Part shown: one piece after another, positions 1-13,372 of the stretch
How the letters are laid out: each line of letters opens with the position of its first letter
Numbering within the stretch: the stretch's first letter is position 1
Assembly: GCF_006345805.1 (NCBI RefSeq)
Contig: NC_043005.1
Span: 63,612,001-63,676,000 of the forward strand
Length of the DNA: 64,000 nt
Direction: 5' to 3'
Source: Octopus sinensis
Lineage: Eukaryota
Program-made: the position numbers and the translations under genes
Notes under the pieces: model-generated
The model's database searches: none
The model's input: the letters and a program-made list of their open reading frames with translations, nothing else
What the model was told of the DNA's origin: nothing

Positions 1-1291
1 CTGATTTGATGAAACGCAAAGTCGACCTCGGCGAAAAGTCGACCTCAGCGAAAAGTCGACCTCGGCGAAAAAATATATATAGATATTTTAAAAACTAGGA
101 AAATTTCGTGTCTCCTGTTTTACTAGTCATACTTGAGTATAACAAAATTATGAATAAAACGTTCTTTTTCAAAATCCTCAGTTAATATTTTAAACGTCTG
201 TGACAGTCCTAAATTCCTCTTGAGGTACTGTGAACCATTAATCTAATGCAAACATACTTAGTGAAGTTTATACGTGTCTATAGTATAAATGAGGCTTTGA
301 ATACAGAAGTCTGCAACAAATATTCCTTAAGTCTACTTACTCAAAAGAGACTGGAGTGACAGAACAACAACACTAATATAATATTCATTCCTTTCTATAT
401 TGCCACTGCTATTCGTAATGGTGAACTTTTATCCCTATGCGATGCTTATAGGTGGACCGGAAGTACATGAACTGAATAAGAAAATTATGTGCTTACAATT
501 TGTTCTCTCACGAGAATCTTCTTACGCAATTCATGTTTTCAATGCACTTAAAGAACTTCATCTGATTATGGTTTATGTTATTCAGCAGATTCTAGCTCTT
601 GGTTTATGAGCCGGGAATTCAATACTCTGGTTGGTTGTTGTTACTTCACGTAAAAGTTCTAAGAAACCTCAACTTATATTAGTTGACAATAGCCAGTCCC
701 AGTTTTGTGAAGCAGATAATAATTCTAGGAAAGCGTTATTGTTATGAAACCTACAGAAGAATATTTTAAACTTCAAACTTCGTGTTCTATAAATTTAGAA
801 CTTAAAAATTTAAATCATTTCGAAATTGGTAATTTTTAAAAATATTTTCCAACTATATAATCAAATACATTTTTTTAATGTCATTACATCATAACATCCT
901 CATTTTAACAGTATTCTAGCTAAGGATGGTAAATTGTGAGCAGTTTTCCTTTACCGAGCTTATAGTTCTGAGTTAAAATCCCACCGATATCGACTTTAAT
1001 TTTCTACCATCTGTAGTTGGTCAAATAAGCAACAATTGAGTTTTAAGATTGATCTAATCGACTACACATCCTACAAATATGTGGCCTATGTTAAAAAAGC
1101 AATAATGATCCTGTTAAAATTATTGATCTTAAATTAGGAGACTTCACATTAACTTTATGTTGAATAAAATTATAATGATTTTAATCAAATAAATTCATAT
1201 CCTTTATTTATATATTAGGTTTCTTACGAAAAAGAAAGCAAGGTCGTAATATATTTAGAGATGTGATTGTCGATGAAATGGACTGTAATAT

Positions 1292-1512
1292 GGCGAGTTG
1301 GCAGAATCTTTAGGACGCTGGACAAAATTCTGAACAAAATTCTTAGCGGCATTTCGTCCATCTTCACATTCTGAATTCAAATTCCACCGAGTTCTATTTT
1401 ACCTTTCATCCTTTCGGAGTCGATGTAAATAAGTACCAGTTGAGTACTGGGATCGCTGTAAATCAGCTTACCCTCTTCCGAAATTGCTGGCCTTGTGCCA
1501 AAATTTGAAATC
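1292..1512 (+). mobile_element. tRNA-derived SINE family A copy
   Basis: ggcgagttggcagaa..(A box)..gaattcaaattccaccgag..tttcatcctttcggagtcgat..aagtaccag; homologous to many other copies in the window. Confidence 0.85.
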
Positions 1513-3504
1513 AATATTTGGCAACTTATCAGCACCCGAAGGAAGAAAGAAAAAGTTGACCTCGATCAGATTTGAATACAAATTGTTAGAAAGATCTACC
1601 TCAATAGTCAAAATTATTTAGTCCGACGCCTTGATAATCGAGTCAATCTATTCAGTATTCAGGGATACAGATTGGTATTAATTAAAACTTGTACATTATA
1701 GTAAATTCTTCAATGGGGGAAATAAATGAATTATGTTGACTTTTGTCGGTCGAAATAGAGAACTCAATTTCTGCAGTGAATGTGAGCGTACAATTCGTGA
1801 TTTAACACTTCAACAGCATTTTAATGCCGCAACAAATGAAAATAGGTAGATTACATTTGCTCAAAATAAATGTTGGGGATTGTGCTAGAAGGACTCCACA
1901 CAGAATGGGCTCTTATCACACACCAGACATTATCGAGAAACCTCAATTAAAACGATAGTCCACATCCAATGGTAAGACAAGCGTAGATGATATGTGGACT
2001 CATATTTAATACCTATAATTAATGATAATCTAATATCTGTTCTCAGCATCTTAGTGAAGTGAGGTAAACATAGAATATAGGTTTCCACCCACAAACATGA
2101 CGCCAACAGTGAAATTGAATTCATGAGCCACAACACAGTCCTCTCACTTTTACATCCAACCTCTTATAATGGAGCTACATTTAACTAGCTACTATATTCT
2201 TCTACCTAAACTACTAGTGTGTTTGTCATTCATGTGTTATTAGCGTTTACAAAAGATGCACAACGCTCCTGTCGCACGTAATGCTAATTTGAATTGATGG
2301 GAAGAACAAAAATCTGATAGGTGTATTGTACATTGATGAGTGTCCTCTCCTATCATATTGGACATGTCCTTTCTGTGCACGAAATTGCAACTGCAAGTTG
2401 GCATTATTCTAAATCGATAACTCAGTGAAATGCTGTCCAATGTATTTTACCAGGATACATCTCACTAGTCACTGATAAAGTGAAACAGGAAAATAAATAT
2501 ATTTCACCTTCCATCCACGACTATCACCACCGCCAACACAATTTGTAACAAGTTTCCAATAAATGTCCTTCTTTCACCTGCATCTTAAATAAAATTAACT
2601 CCATCCATACAACGTAAATTGTGATTTATAATAATACAATGGATATTCAGCAGTTTCGATAAATGGTTAAGCTGAATATTGTTACATCACCTTCAGTTGT
2701 CACGTTTGAAGAGCCAGAAAACAACTGTTATTTCCAAAGAAAGTAGTTTCTTTATATTAAATTAGGCAAATAAATAGATAAATAGCAATATTTAAAAAAC
2801 ATCGAGCGAATTTTCGATTTTTTAAATTCTAATTTGTTATTTTTATTTCCTTTAGAGAAGTTGTAGCATCTACTGAGTATATTCCAGGATATAGCAAGCA
2901 ATTATTTTCTCGAGCCCGGAGGAAAGAACTGCAAATTCGATAGGATTTTAACTCTGAAGTATTTGTACACCCCGTTTATATTTATGATAATAAATTCGCT
3001 TATATTTGAAAATTTATAATGACTTCTTACATTGGGTACAACTGAAATGGGTGTATATAGCCCCAGGTGGAATATTGCATTTATTTTCTCGACACTAACA
3101 GGAAAAACACCAAATATGGAACTTGAATGATTCGAGCAAACTAAACATTGTGAATTATTTGTTTCAACCTCTATCAATTCTGATACACTACAACCCCTTT
3201 AAAATATTATTAATAGCTCGCATTTGAGACTTTTGATTGAGTAGACTCTAAGATGAAGTACATTGCATTATTTTCCATCATCTATTCAAACTTCTAAATT
3301 CAAATCCCACCTTTGCGGTTTACTTTAACCCACTTCGTTGTTTAATATATAACATCGGCTGAAATTCAATAAAATCTTCGAAAGCAACACGAAAAGGAAA
3401 AACCGAGTTAATGTAAATTATAAATATAATAAACTTAATAAAATAGTGCAAGTAACAAGGCAAAATAGCAAAATATTCTCGAACACTCGATCAAATTTAC
3501 GTTT

Positions 3505-3912
3505 TTCATTTTCCTTTTTAAATGACATTTAATTTCAGCGAACAGATATTTGCCAACATGATGAGATTTTACTTCACAACAGAGCTGATGTAATCTATTT
3601 TAGCGCTGAAATTAACAGAGAAATAGAGGTACAACGAATGAGAGAAATAATTGAAGAGAAAGTAAGAGAATATTTGTATATAGTCTTGAGTTTTAACACA
3701 GTTTGATCACATTTACTTTTCTTAAAAGACATTTAATTCTAGCGACTAGATATTTACCATCAAGATGAGTTTGTAGTTCACAATAGATTTTATGTAATCC
3801 GTTTCAAAGCTGAAATTCATGGGGAAATAGTGACACAACGAATCAGGAAAACAAGAGAAAACAAAAATAAGCGTATATGTATACTTGAGTTTGAATGTGT
3901 GTAGATCACATC
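3505..3912. repeat. Diverged 204-bp tandem duplication containing splice-like signals
   Basis: gacatttaatttcagcgaacagatatttgcc.. (3524) versus gacatttaattctagcgactagatatttacc.. (3728). Confidence 0.85.
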
Positions 3913-6900
3913 TGAATCAATGTAACATTATTATGCTATTTATCTATGAGAGAAATGTAGAAAGACGAGGTTCTTACTAAAGAAAGAGGCGATTATCTGC
4001 CCTTCATTATCGGCACTGTGAAAAGGAAGTGACTGAATAATAACGCCTCTGTGTAAATAGACTATGCAATGCAGTAGAAGAGATCACTGCAGTAAACAGC
4101 AGGAACATCTGCAAAAATATTAATGAATTTTTATATTCGTATAAATCTCCTCTCTTGCAGCAGAAAATATAAATAAGATGAAGTGTGTGGCTGTATAGTT
4201 AAGAAGTTTCCTTTGAAACCATGTAGGTCCCAGCTCGACTTCTTTACGCAGTACGTTGGGCAGATGTCTTCGGTTTGATCAACAATTTCGTAGACGAAAA
4301 TTTTATATATTAGCAACAGAAGTTGTAGTAATGCCGAGAGGTAATATTTTATTCCCACTTAGACGTGGATGTTCTGTTTGAACAAACTTTACTGCGGTAG
4401 ATACCATGAGAGAATCTGTCTTGTAGGCTTTTGGTGAAGAATGCAGACAAGTGTACATTCTGCACCAAAAGAATGAGTTAACTTTCTCCCATCTGTAAAA
4501 CCAACTTTACCGTTTACTTTTACATGCGAGAATCTTCTGCTGATGTATATTAACGAACCATGTAAACATTGTCAAGTAAAACGAATAAACGGACATTTTC
4601 TAATGAATTCATTTACGACATTTTTCAACACTGAAGTTTTCCCTCGCCAGAAACAAAACTTGGAATTGTTTCGTTGTAAACTTGTAAACACACGTGTTAT
4701 TGTTCCCAGTTATGCTATAAAATAATATTTACATAAGAAGAAAACATCTCTATAAACCATGTGCTCATTTTATCGGCACAGAAGTGTGGAAGTCAGATTC
4801 GACATCCCATGCGTGCATTAAACTTAAAAAAGATAAAACTAAATAATGATTCCTTTTTTTTTTTGCTGTAGCCCAAGTCTACAAGTTTATTAGAGTGGGC
4901 GAAATCTACGTGAGTGTGTGTTAGGAGGTGGTATACTGAAATTTCTTCCTCCGTATGTTTCACCGATACTCATTTCATTAAATGATAGGAATGACAAGGC
5001 AAAGTTAATATTACTGCGATTTGAACAGAGAACATCACTAAATCCGTGGTGAAGTTTCTAAGGTAAGTTTTTGTCAAGTTACAGGACTGATATCATTGAC
5101 TATCTCCACTACAAAAGTTTCTGGTACTGTGCTTATGTTAGAAAATCATTTATCAACCACAGAAATATGAACAAAGCTTGTCTTGACGGAAGTAAAAATT
5201 AGAATGTAAGGAAGCGTAAATACTGAATGACAAATTGTCTACCACTCCGCAATGCTGTCAAATACACTGCTATAATATAGCATTTCATTTTCTGCTCTAC
5301 TCTGTCATTCCACTACATTTTTAAAAACAGCTTTTTTTCGTTAGCTGCAGTGCTAATGTCAAGATTTCCTAAGGACAGGAAAGCTCGACGAAAGAATGTA
5401 AGAATGTGCTCATTTCTAAGGTCACTGCTAGTTTAATTACAATCACATTCGCATATTTTACAATTTTATACAGCATATTTTTATGGCCTTCATGATCTAC
5501 ACGTGTTTCCACTGCACATATTACGGGCAGTTGCAGATGCAACCGCGCGATTTTCGGTGCAGCTTCTTCAGAGTCTATCCGTTTGGTTAGTTTCGAAGCG
5601 AACTGAATGGAGCTAGTAGTTATTTAGACAAAGAAGAATAATTTGTGCTTTTGAAGAAAAACTTTTAATATGACATTAAAAAGTCAAGAATTGAAACTGT
5701 AAATGCCTAGGTTAAAGGCATTCTAGTAGTTTCAGTTTTGTTAATTTTTCTCTACATCTGTTCAAATACCACTAGAACCGACAATAGTATTCAGCTCCTA
5801 TAGGCAAACGCTGCCATTTTATTTGGCTGGGTCGAATCTATCCATTAAATCTATATCCCCATAAATATATGACATGTGATCAATATATGACATGTGATCA
5901 ATATATGATCAAGAGCCAACTTTGACTTTTATCACTCCCGATAAAATAACTTATCGGTTGTGTACTGTTATTGATTAAACTGACACAACTCTCCCCAAAA
6001 TTATGCTGTCTTGTGCCACAGTTAGAAATTCTAATGTTGTCATAGAAATGCCGGCGATGAGAGTCATTTGTCACTATGTTCTACTTTTAGTTACTTACAC
6101 ACAATTTAAAATCTGGAGGTTGTCTCCCTGCACAGGTTTAATCATTAGAATAATGATTATTTCTTCTCACTACATTATTTTTGCATATGTTTTATTAGCG
6201 CGTCACTTAGAGACGTTGAATGCACTTGCACCGCATTCAGAGAAATAAAAAGTATCCATGCTTTTACATTCATTTACAGCCTCCTATTTTGGCTGTGAAT
6301 TTCATTCTTTCGTTTCTACTCTCTCTCCCCTCTCTCTTTCTCTCCCCACTCTCTCTCTTTCTTTCCAATAACCACTAACTTAAAGACATTGATTTTATGT
6401 ATACTAATCTTATCAGGTAGCCATAATTATACTATAAAGTACTATTTTTTAGGACGGAAATGAATTCTCTTTTTCTTCTACGCTGGTGAAATACGGAAAG
6501 ATGACTAAGATTTATGTAAAGCTAGCATAATTTAATATTCCATAGCATTAATATACTGCTGGTTATTGCAAAAGCTGCAATGCTTCGCTTCGATAAGATT
6601 CCGGAATTTTACAAACGCAAAGCTCTCCTTTCTTACAATCTCCTAATTCATTAAATATTTACTGCTTCTCGATTTATGGGATGTAGAACCAAAAATTTCC
6701 GCTTCTTTGTCTGTCTCTCTCTCCTCTTCTCTCGTATTTCTTAGTTATATCTGATAAATATTTCTTCTTTTAATGGATATCATTTTGGTGTGATTGGGTT
6801 TGTTGTACAACTATAGATTGTCATTAGAAATCTAAGAGTAGAATTTCTTATCCTACATATATACAATCAATCATTTCACACAATCAATTTCTTATCAGAA

Positions 6901-8768
6901 TTACTCTGTAAGGTTTCAATTTCAGATTTAAAGATCATAAAATTGAAGATGATAGTTCTTTATATATATATATTATTCTTTTTTAATGTATTAACTTATA
7001 TTTTACTGAGAAGAACATTATCTATAGATTTTTCTTGTTATGAGAATTTATAGGTGAGGTTTGAGTCTAAACTTTTAATAAACTTAGAATAAAGAATATA
7101 GTTTATGTTGGCCTTATCTTCAGCTATCAGCACGGTACAAAGTTCATTTATAAAATTTTCCCCAAACAGAATAAAACTTGATAAATACTACAAGAATAAT
7201 AACGTTTTCCTCCTCTAATCAACTCACTTGTTTATCTCGACTAAAACAATATGCAGGCGTCTTTTTTTATTTTTATATAGTATTTCTTTTAAGTTACAAC
7301 TCAGTCCAGTGTTGCTTCACGACAAATCTACATCTCTCTAATCATTCCAACATCTAACAGTTACAGAATTACCATAGTTACCTCATGCGGTTCAATAAGA
7401 TCACAACACGTCGTCCAGAGTTGTCTAACATATTGCAATTTACCTCTCTTATGTACTTTTAATTAAGATTTCGTAGTTGTAACACTTGATAATTACTTTT
7501 ACCAGAATTAGTCATTTTGATAACAATTGTTTTTATTACTAAAGGTGTAATCTAAATTAATTAAAATTTCTAGACTTATTACATTAAGTGTTCTAGTTTT
7601 ACTATTAAGAAGATATCTATCTTATCTCAATCTGAAATTTAAAGTTTACCTAGAAATTGATACACTTAAAATGTCTTGGCTTGCTATATTAAGAACTCTC
7701 GCACCTATTTTACAATTCAAAAATTTCGTTTATTTCAAATTTGAAATTTAGCTTGAAATATTTACTGTTGAGGAATAAATTCACCATAAATCTATGACAG
7801 AAGGACAAACTATAGTCAATTCTCTAATAATAATATCTATGGCCCTATTGACTTTATATCGGGCTTGCTACAATCGAAAACACTAAAACAGAAATGTGTG
7901 AGAGGAAGCCTAAGAAATACAAAGGGATAACGTAGGATACACTGATTCCTATGGTCGTTAGATAGTTTATCTTTCGATTTTAGTGTCCCTTTATTCATGA
8001 AATCTACACAGAATATTATAATTCTTTCCACAAATGTACATTTTAGCGAAAAGTTATATTTTGAAAGTACATTTTTGAGTAAAAATGGCAAGCGATTCAT
8101 TAGTGAACTATTGTTCTACTTACGAACAATCCCTCGTTCTGCATTCATGCACGTATCTATATCGTGATTAATTATGATTCAACGTCGAATGCTATCACGT
8201 TTGAGCGTGATATTATCTCATTGTAAATTTATGTATTTATTCGTCTGTTATGGTTTTGGACAAAACATAGCGAATGTGTCTGACAACATCATTTGTTGCA
8301 TGACTGAATTAAACATTCCAAACTGGTCAACGAACAAAAATGTAAATGGTGTATTCCCTGCCTGCTTCGCTGATGCTCATCCAGTTGTTCGATCAACAAA
8401 AATTATCTACTCGTTAAATTAATAATAAGTTGAATGGCTTAGTATCCTGCAGCCACTCGTACATTTAACGTGATTCTCAGGCCGAATCAGTGAGAAATAT
8501 GTGTAAAGCTTTGGACTATGATTTACTTCCACTCTGTCCCAATTAACACGTTTCCATTCACGAGGTTTGGATCAATCTTAAGCAACTATAAAAGACACTT
8601 GCTCAATATGAGACGCAAAAGGATCAAACACACAATCTCATGAATTGTGAAGCGAATTCTATAACTACTTCCCCATATCTACGTTCACAAAAATACATAA
8701 TTGATCCGACTGATAGATAAATTTTAGTTCACCAACATGCAAGAGCCACATTTCAATAATGTGCAGTA

Positions 8769-8811
<43 letters not shown>

Positions 8812-10198
8812 CCCCCTCTTTCTCTATCTTCTATCAATTCTACGATTTATGATCCTATGAACAAAAAACTTTTTACGTGCTTCTCCACATATCATCTTTA
8901 CAAAATATTACTCGAAAAATCCTGCACGAAACACTTTTGGGTAAATTCCGGAATCCAAGGAGGCTGGTGAGGATCTATTGTCGGTATAAATGATCTAATT
9001 GTCGGCATAAGTAATTTAATAATGTAGAGAAGGACGTGGGAAATCACAACTCTTTGCTAGCGGAAGAACTACATAAAGATATCAAAATATATACAAACAG
9101 GGATTTGGTCTCAGTTCTTGCTACACAGTAATCCTTGTTGAAAGAACTCATAGAGAAAATTGCGGTTTTATCACGAGTGACTGTTTAACTCTACAGGATC
9201 TGGAAGACATATTAATGTAGTTCGAGATACGCATTAAAATAAGACGGCAATGGTCAGGACTAGAATATCTTTGACCCTAGAGCTGTTGTACTAGAGCTGA
9301 CGTTTGGTTAAGTAACAATAATATGAATATTGTTTCGTTTCTGCTTCATGTAAATAACTGAGACCAATGTTACAAGATATAGTCCTTAATTTGAAAATTT
9401 AACAATGATTCTGTTTTAAATTGGTATCAATTTCAATAATATTCTATTAACACTCTGTTTATTGTATTCATTATAATTACAACCAATTCATTTCGATATC
9501 ATTTTGTCGTTATGAAACATAGTGGCTGACCAATATAGTAGCTACGCAGATAGCTGCAGCAGTTGACTTTAGTAGCTATAAGCGGTTACGAGCAATAAAT
9601 ACAGAAAACATTCGAACTCGTCATGTTTATTCCCTTTGTTTTCTGTATAACAATTTGTGAACATTAGTATCTTTGGTTACAAATTTGCAACAGTCCAATT
9701 ACTCGTTCACTGCATTTCTGACAGCGAATGTGACATAGATCGATTAATTTGATGTAGGGGACTTCCTTTGTAAAACACCGATTTTCGGTTTCACCGATGA
9801 TGCTTATATCTTATGATGATGTGAAAGAAGGCTTCTAATTGCTTCTTGTAAAGAATATATAGATAACTTATAAAGGAGTTTTAACTGTTGTCTCCCTGTA
9901 ACAATGCCGTGCTAATGAAGAAAACAAGATTTCTTCATACGTTACCTCCACGATGTGTATATTTATTTTTTTCATTTTTTTCATTTCATGTGACTTCGTG
10001 TATTCTCATCCAAAATGGAGATGAGTATTAACGTTCCCATGTGACACACTTAAAAATTGTAATGAAATCACTACTACGTGAAACTATTGGTAGCCTTGTT
10101 ACACCACAAATAAAGAATATTTATCCACTAATACAGTGCTGAACACACATTTTTGCTGTTCGATATTAGCGTATACGTACATACATACATACATACAT

Positions 10199-10288
<90 letters not shown>

Positions 10289-10753
10289 CGATTGGCTCTG
10301 ATGCAGCTTCCATCCACCAGATTCTCCACTTATAAGGTATTTGTAAACTTCAGGTTATGGTAAACATATTACCAAAATACCGAGCAGTGGGATAGAATTC
10401 AGAACCCTTTGGTTGCAAGAAACCTTCTTAACCAAACAGCCTATTTACACCCTACTGTATTATGTAAATTTATTTCTGAGCCATCCTCATGTCATGTCTA
10501 TTCGCTAACAACATATGATTTAATACATTAATGAATTATATTCATATACCTGTAAATCCTGTTTGATCAAAGACGCATTTTTGTTCTTAGCACCCATCTT
10601 TATTTTTATTCATCGAATAGAAACACGTTTCTAAATACACCCTTTTTATTGTCTGATATTGATCTCTGTTCAACTGTAACAGCCATTAAAATCCCATTTC
10701 CATACACATTTCATGCTGATTCTCTTTTGTAATTTTGGTTTATTTCCTTTCAG

Positions 10754-10828
10754 ATTCTTTCAGCTATTATTTCTTACATTCGTAGTCAACAGGCCAAAAC
10801 TTGTTCCCCCACTCATCCTGCAGACTAA
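10754..10828 (+). CDS. Candidate terminal exon (ILSAIISYIRSQQAKTCSPTHPAD*)
   Basis: Strong acceptor ttttggtttatttcctttcag, open frame to TAA, AATAAA at 11120-11125. Confidence 0.28.
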   Translation: MLSAIISYIRSQQAKTCSPTHPAD

Positions 10829-11535
10829 ACATGATCTTCCTTTGTATTATTATGGTATTTTAATTTCTAGTCAGTGAACATTTAAAAATATAACAAAACA
10901 TACGCACAAACAATAACAGAAAACAAAGTCTCATTCAGTTTTCTAAACAATAATTCTTTTGCACAGAAACTTAACTTTTGTTTTTCTCCAGCGATTAACA
11001 CCGCGTATTCAATGAGTCTTTGTTGAAACTTTGTCATATTATTTTGTTTTGTTGGCGTTTATTTGTTGGTGATTTTCATTTACTTTAGGTATAGTGTTTT
11101 GTAGCAGCTACCTGCATGAAATAAACGCCACTAAAATGTGTTAATATTTAAGCAAATACATTTCCCAATGGTTTTGTATATACTTATATGTATTTAGTGA
11201 TAAATGTCGGATTTTTGCTTTGCTATGTCTAATTATATATATATGAGTTGTTTATATATAATCATACTTATCACAGTAAGTTGTCACAAATATTTAGATT
11301 CAATCTTAAAATTTCTATGTTCAATTCCTGTCGATGTAGATTCCTCTCTAGCTGCCAATGTAGGGCAACCCTGAACAAGAATAATTTTTGCTTTTTCATA
11401 TCTAATTATATTTATAGACATATGCGTCGTTTTATAATTAATTATACTTAATTCAGTAATTTGGCAGAAATATTTGAATGCTAGATCAAAAATACATAGC
11501 AACAGATTCATTCTTAAAATTTCGATGTTCAATAC

Positions 11536-11601
11536 CTGCCAAATTAGAAGCTATCTCCTCCCTGCCTGGTGATGTAGGTGATGCTTCGGCCCAGGACATT
11601 T
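11536..11601 (-). CDS. Candidate 66-nt symmetric (phase 1-1) internal exon, host gene unknown (..MSWAEASPTSPGREEIASNLA..)
   Basis: Acceptor ttcttcttgctcag, donor GTATTG, open frame; a decayed duplicate lies at 11328-11370. Confidence 0.3.
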
Positions 11602-11738
11602 CTGAGCAAGAAGAATTATAACGAATAGCGTTTTAGTTATAAACATTCCGTCTTTTACAGTTCTATATTTAAGAGATGAGGAATTACGTACATTATTTAC
11701 ATTTGATGGATATTTGTCCTCATCTTGTTTGTTGTTAA

Positions 11739-11777
11739 CACAACGTATCGGCTGATATACTCTCCAGCCTTCATCAG
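11739..11777 (-). ncRNA. Minimal type-I hammerhead ribozyme motif (degenerate, GAAA>GAUA) in the inverted PLE repeat
   Basis: Minus strand: CUGAUGA-A-GGCUG[gagaguauau]CAGCC-GAUAC-GU-U-GUGU. Confidence 0.7.
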
Positions 11778-11779
11778 CC

Positions 11780-13372
11780 TTCATCAGAGAGATGAACTAA
11801 GGTGGAAAGTGAGACAGGTACTAAAAAAAGCGAAACTTCCCAAACTAAACATCACTAAGGAAGAAACGTTCGCTATCAAAAGACTACAGAGGGACAATTC
11901 CATCATAATACTTCCGGCAGACAAAGGAAATGGTGATGAACAAGTCTGACTACTCTGAAAAAACTGGCATGTCTTATAAGTGATGGTAGCTACAGCAAAG
12001 TAAGGAAAGACCCTACTTTGAAAACAGAAGAAGTTTTCACAGATCTTGATCAAGAACAAGGATCACTTTACATCTATGAAGTACAGACAACTAGCTCAAC
12101 ACTACAGTAAACTACCACACATGTACGGTCTTCCTAAGATTCACAAGGATGGTATTCAATTAAGACCAATAGTGAGCTGTAGAGGTTCAACATGTCATCC
12201 ACTGAGCCGCTTCCTTGTGGATTTAATCAGTCCATTAGCAGGAAAGTCAACATCGTACGTGAAGAATTCCACCCACTTCACAGAATTGATCAAGGATACC
12301 TCCATTGAATCCAACCAGATAGTGAGTCTAGATGTGATAAGTCTGTTCACCAAAGTCCCAAATGGTGAAGCACATTCCGTGATTCAAGAAAAACTAGTGA
12401 CAGACACCCATCTGAAACAGAACGCACTAGTATACCAATAAGAAACTTGATGGAAATGTTGACCTTCTGTGTAGAAACTACTTCAGTATGGATACTGATA
12501 TATACCGACAAGAAGAGGGTTTAGCTATTGCTTCGACATTATCACCGATAATAGCCAATATATACATGGAATACTTTGCGAATTTGGCTTTAGGATCAAC
12601 ACCTAAAACCAACCCTATGGCTGCGATATGTTGATGACACCTTCATACTTTGGCCCCACCAGGAAGATACCCAAGTGCTTTTAGATCAAGTGAACTCAAT
12701 AAAGCCATCCATACAGTTCACAATGGAAAAAAGAAAAAGACAATCAGCTAGCATTCCTGGACGTATTAATAACACGCACCAAGTATGGATTCAGGACATC
12801 CGTATACCGCAAGCTGACCTTTACTGGACGATACCTCAACTTCAACTCCCACCATCCATACGATGTAAAGAGAGAGATTGTTCAGTGCCTAAAACATCGA
12901 GCAATGAATATAAATAGCGATCGTCGTACCCACCACGAAGAAATGATCAAGCTCAGTAACAATCTATTAAGCAACAACTACCCCAAAAGCATACTCTCCA
13001 CTCCAGGTATGAAGAAAAGAGGGGACGAAAACGATAAACTGTCCACAGTCTCTCTACCGTATGTGAAAGGCCTCTCCGAAAAGATACAAAAGATATGCGG
13101 CCCATATGACATCAGGATAGTATTCAAAAGTAATACAACACCTCGCAGATATCTCCTTCGAGTAAAACCACCTATAGAAGAGAATATGACCAAGAACTGC
13201 GTGTACTCCATCCCATGCAGCTGTGGTAAGTTATAGAAAGGCGAAACATGCCGCCCCCTCAATATAAGTGTAGAGGAACATCGCAAATCTGTGTATGGAA
13301 AAATGGAGACCACTTTCCCCTGTGAAATGAAGTTAAAATAATAGACAGAGAACACCACTATGAAATCATACG
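11780..13372 (+). pseudogene. PLE RT/GIY-YIG ORF, disrupted by several frameshifts, stops and an internal deletion
   Basis: ORF-track pieces 11725..11949, 12046..12441, 12675..12917 and 12904..13236 are consecutive frame-shifted parts of one polyprotein. Confidence 0.9.

Larger units (their letters stand above)
11658..13372 (+). mobile_element. Decayed Penelope-like retroelement (PLE): inverted terminal repeat + RT + GIY-YIG endonuclease, no 3' repeat
   Basis: Frameshifted + strand segments read NITKEETFAIKRLQRDNSIIILPADKG, MYGLPKIHKDGIQLRPIVS, IVSLDVISLFTKVP, WLRYVDDTF (~12617-12645), IKPSIQFTME, YLNFNSHHP, LPYVKGLSEKIQKI, KNCVYSIPCSCGKL..GET, NEVKIIDREHH. These are typical Penelope RT, linker and GIY-YIG motifs. 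11658-11777 is an inverted hammerhead-bearing repeat. Confidence 0.93.

Noticed and set aside
1927-1970. HYRETSIKT similar to minus-strand HCYRETTVKT near 9890
   Set aside because: A nine-residue resemblance on opposite strands with no flanking similarity; likely chance.
5029-5068. Strong AAG|GTAAGT donor with a short open exon (NITKSVVKFL)
   Set aside because: It lies at the end of what appears to be a highly degenerate SINE (..gacaaggcaaagtt..gatttgaacagagaac); not supportable as a host exon.
5349-5420. RFPKDRKARRK, reminiscent of a THAP-domain FPKD motif
   Set aside because: No THAP cysteines or histidine are found; too short to support.
5863-5910. 19-bp tandem duplication (aatatatgacatgtgatc)
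   Set aside because: Ordinary slippage duplication; only about 2.5 units and no spacers, so not CRISPR-like.
12978-13358. 126-aa minus ORF (likewise 16705-16977, 45506-45796, 61228-61506, 61821-62072, 62695-62886)
   Set aside because: These are antisense shadows of transposon coding sequence.
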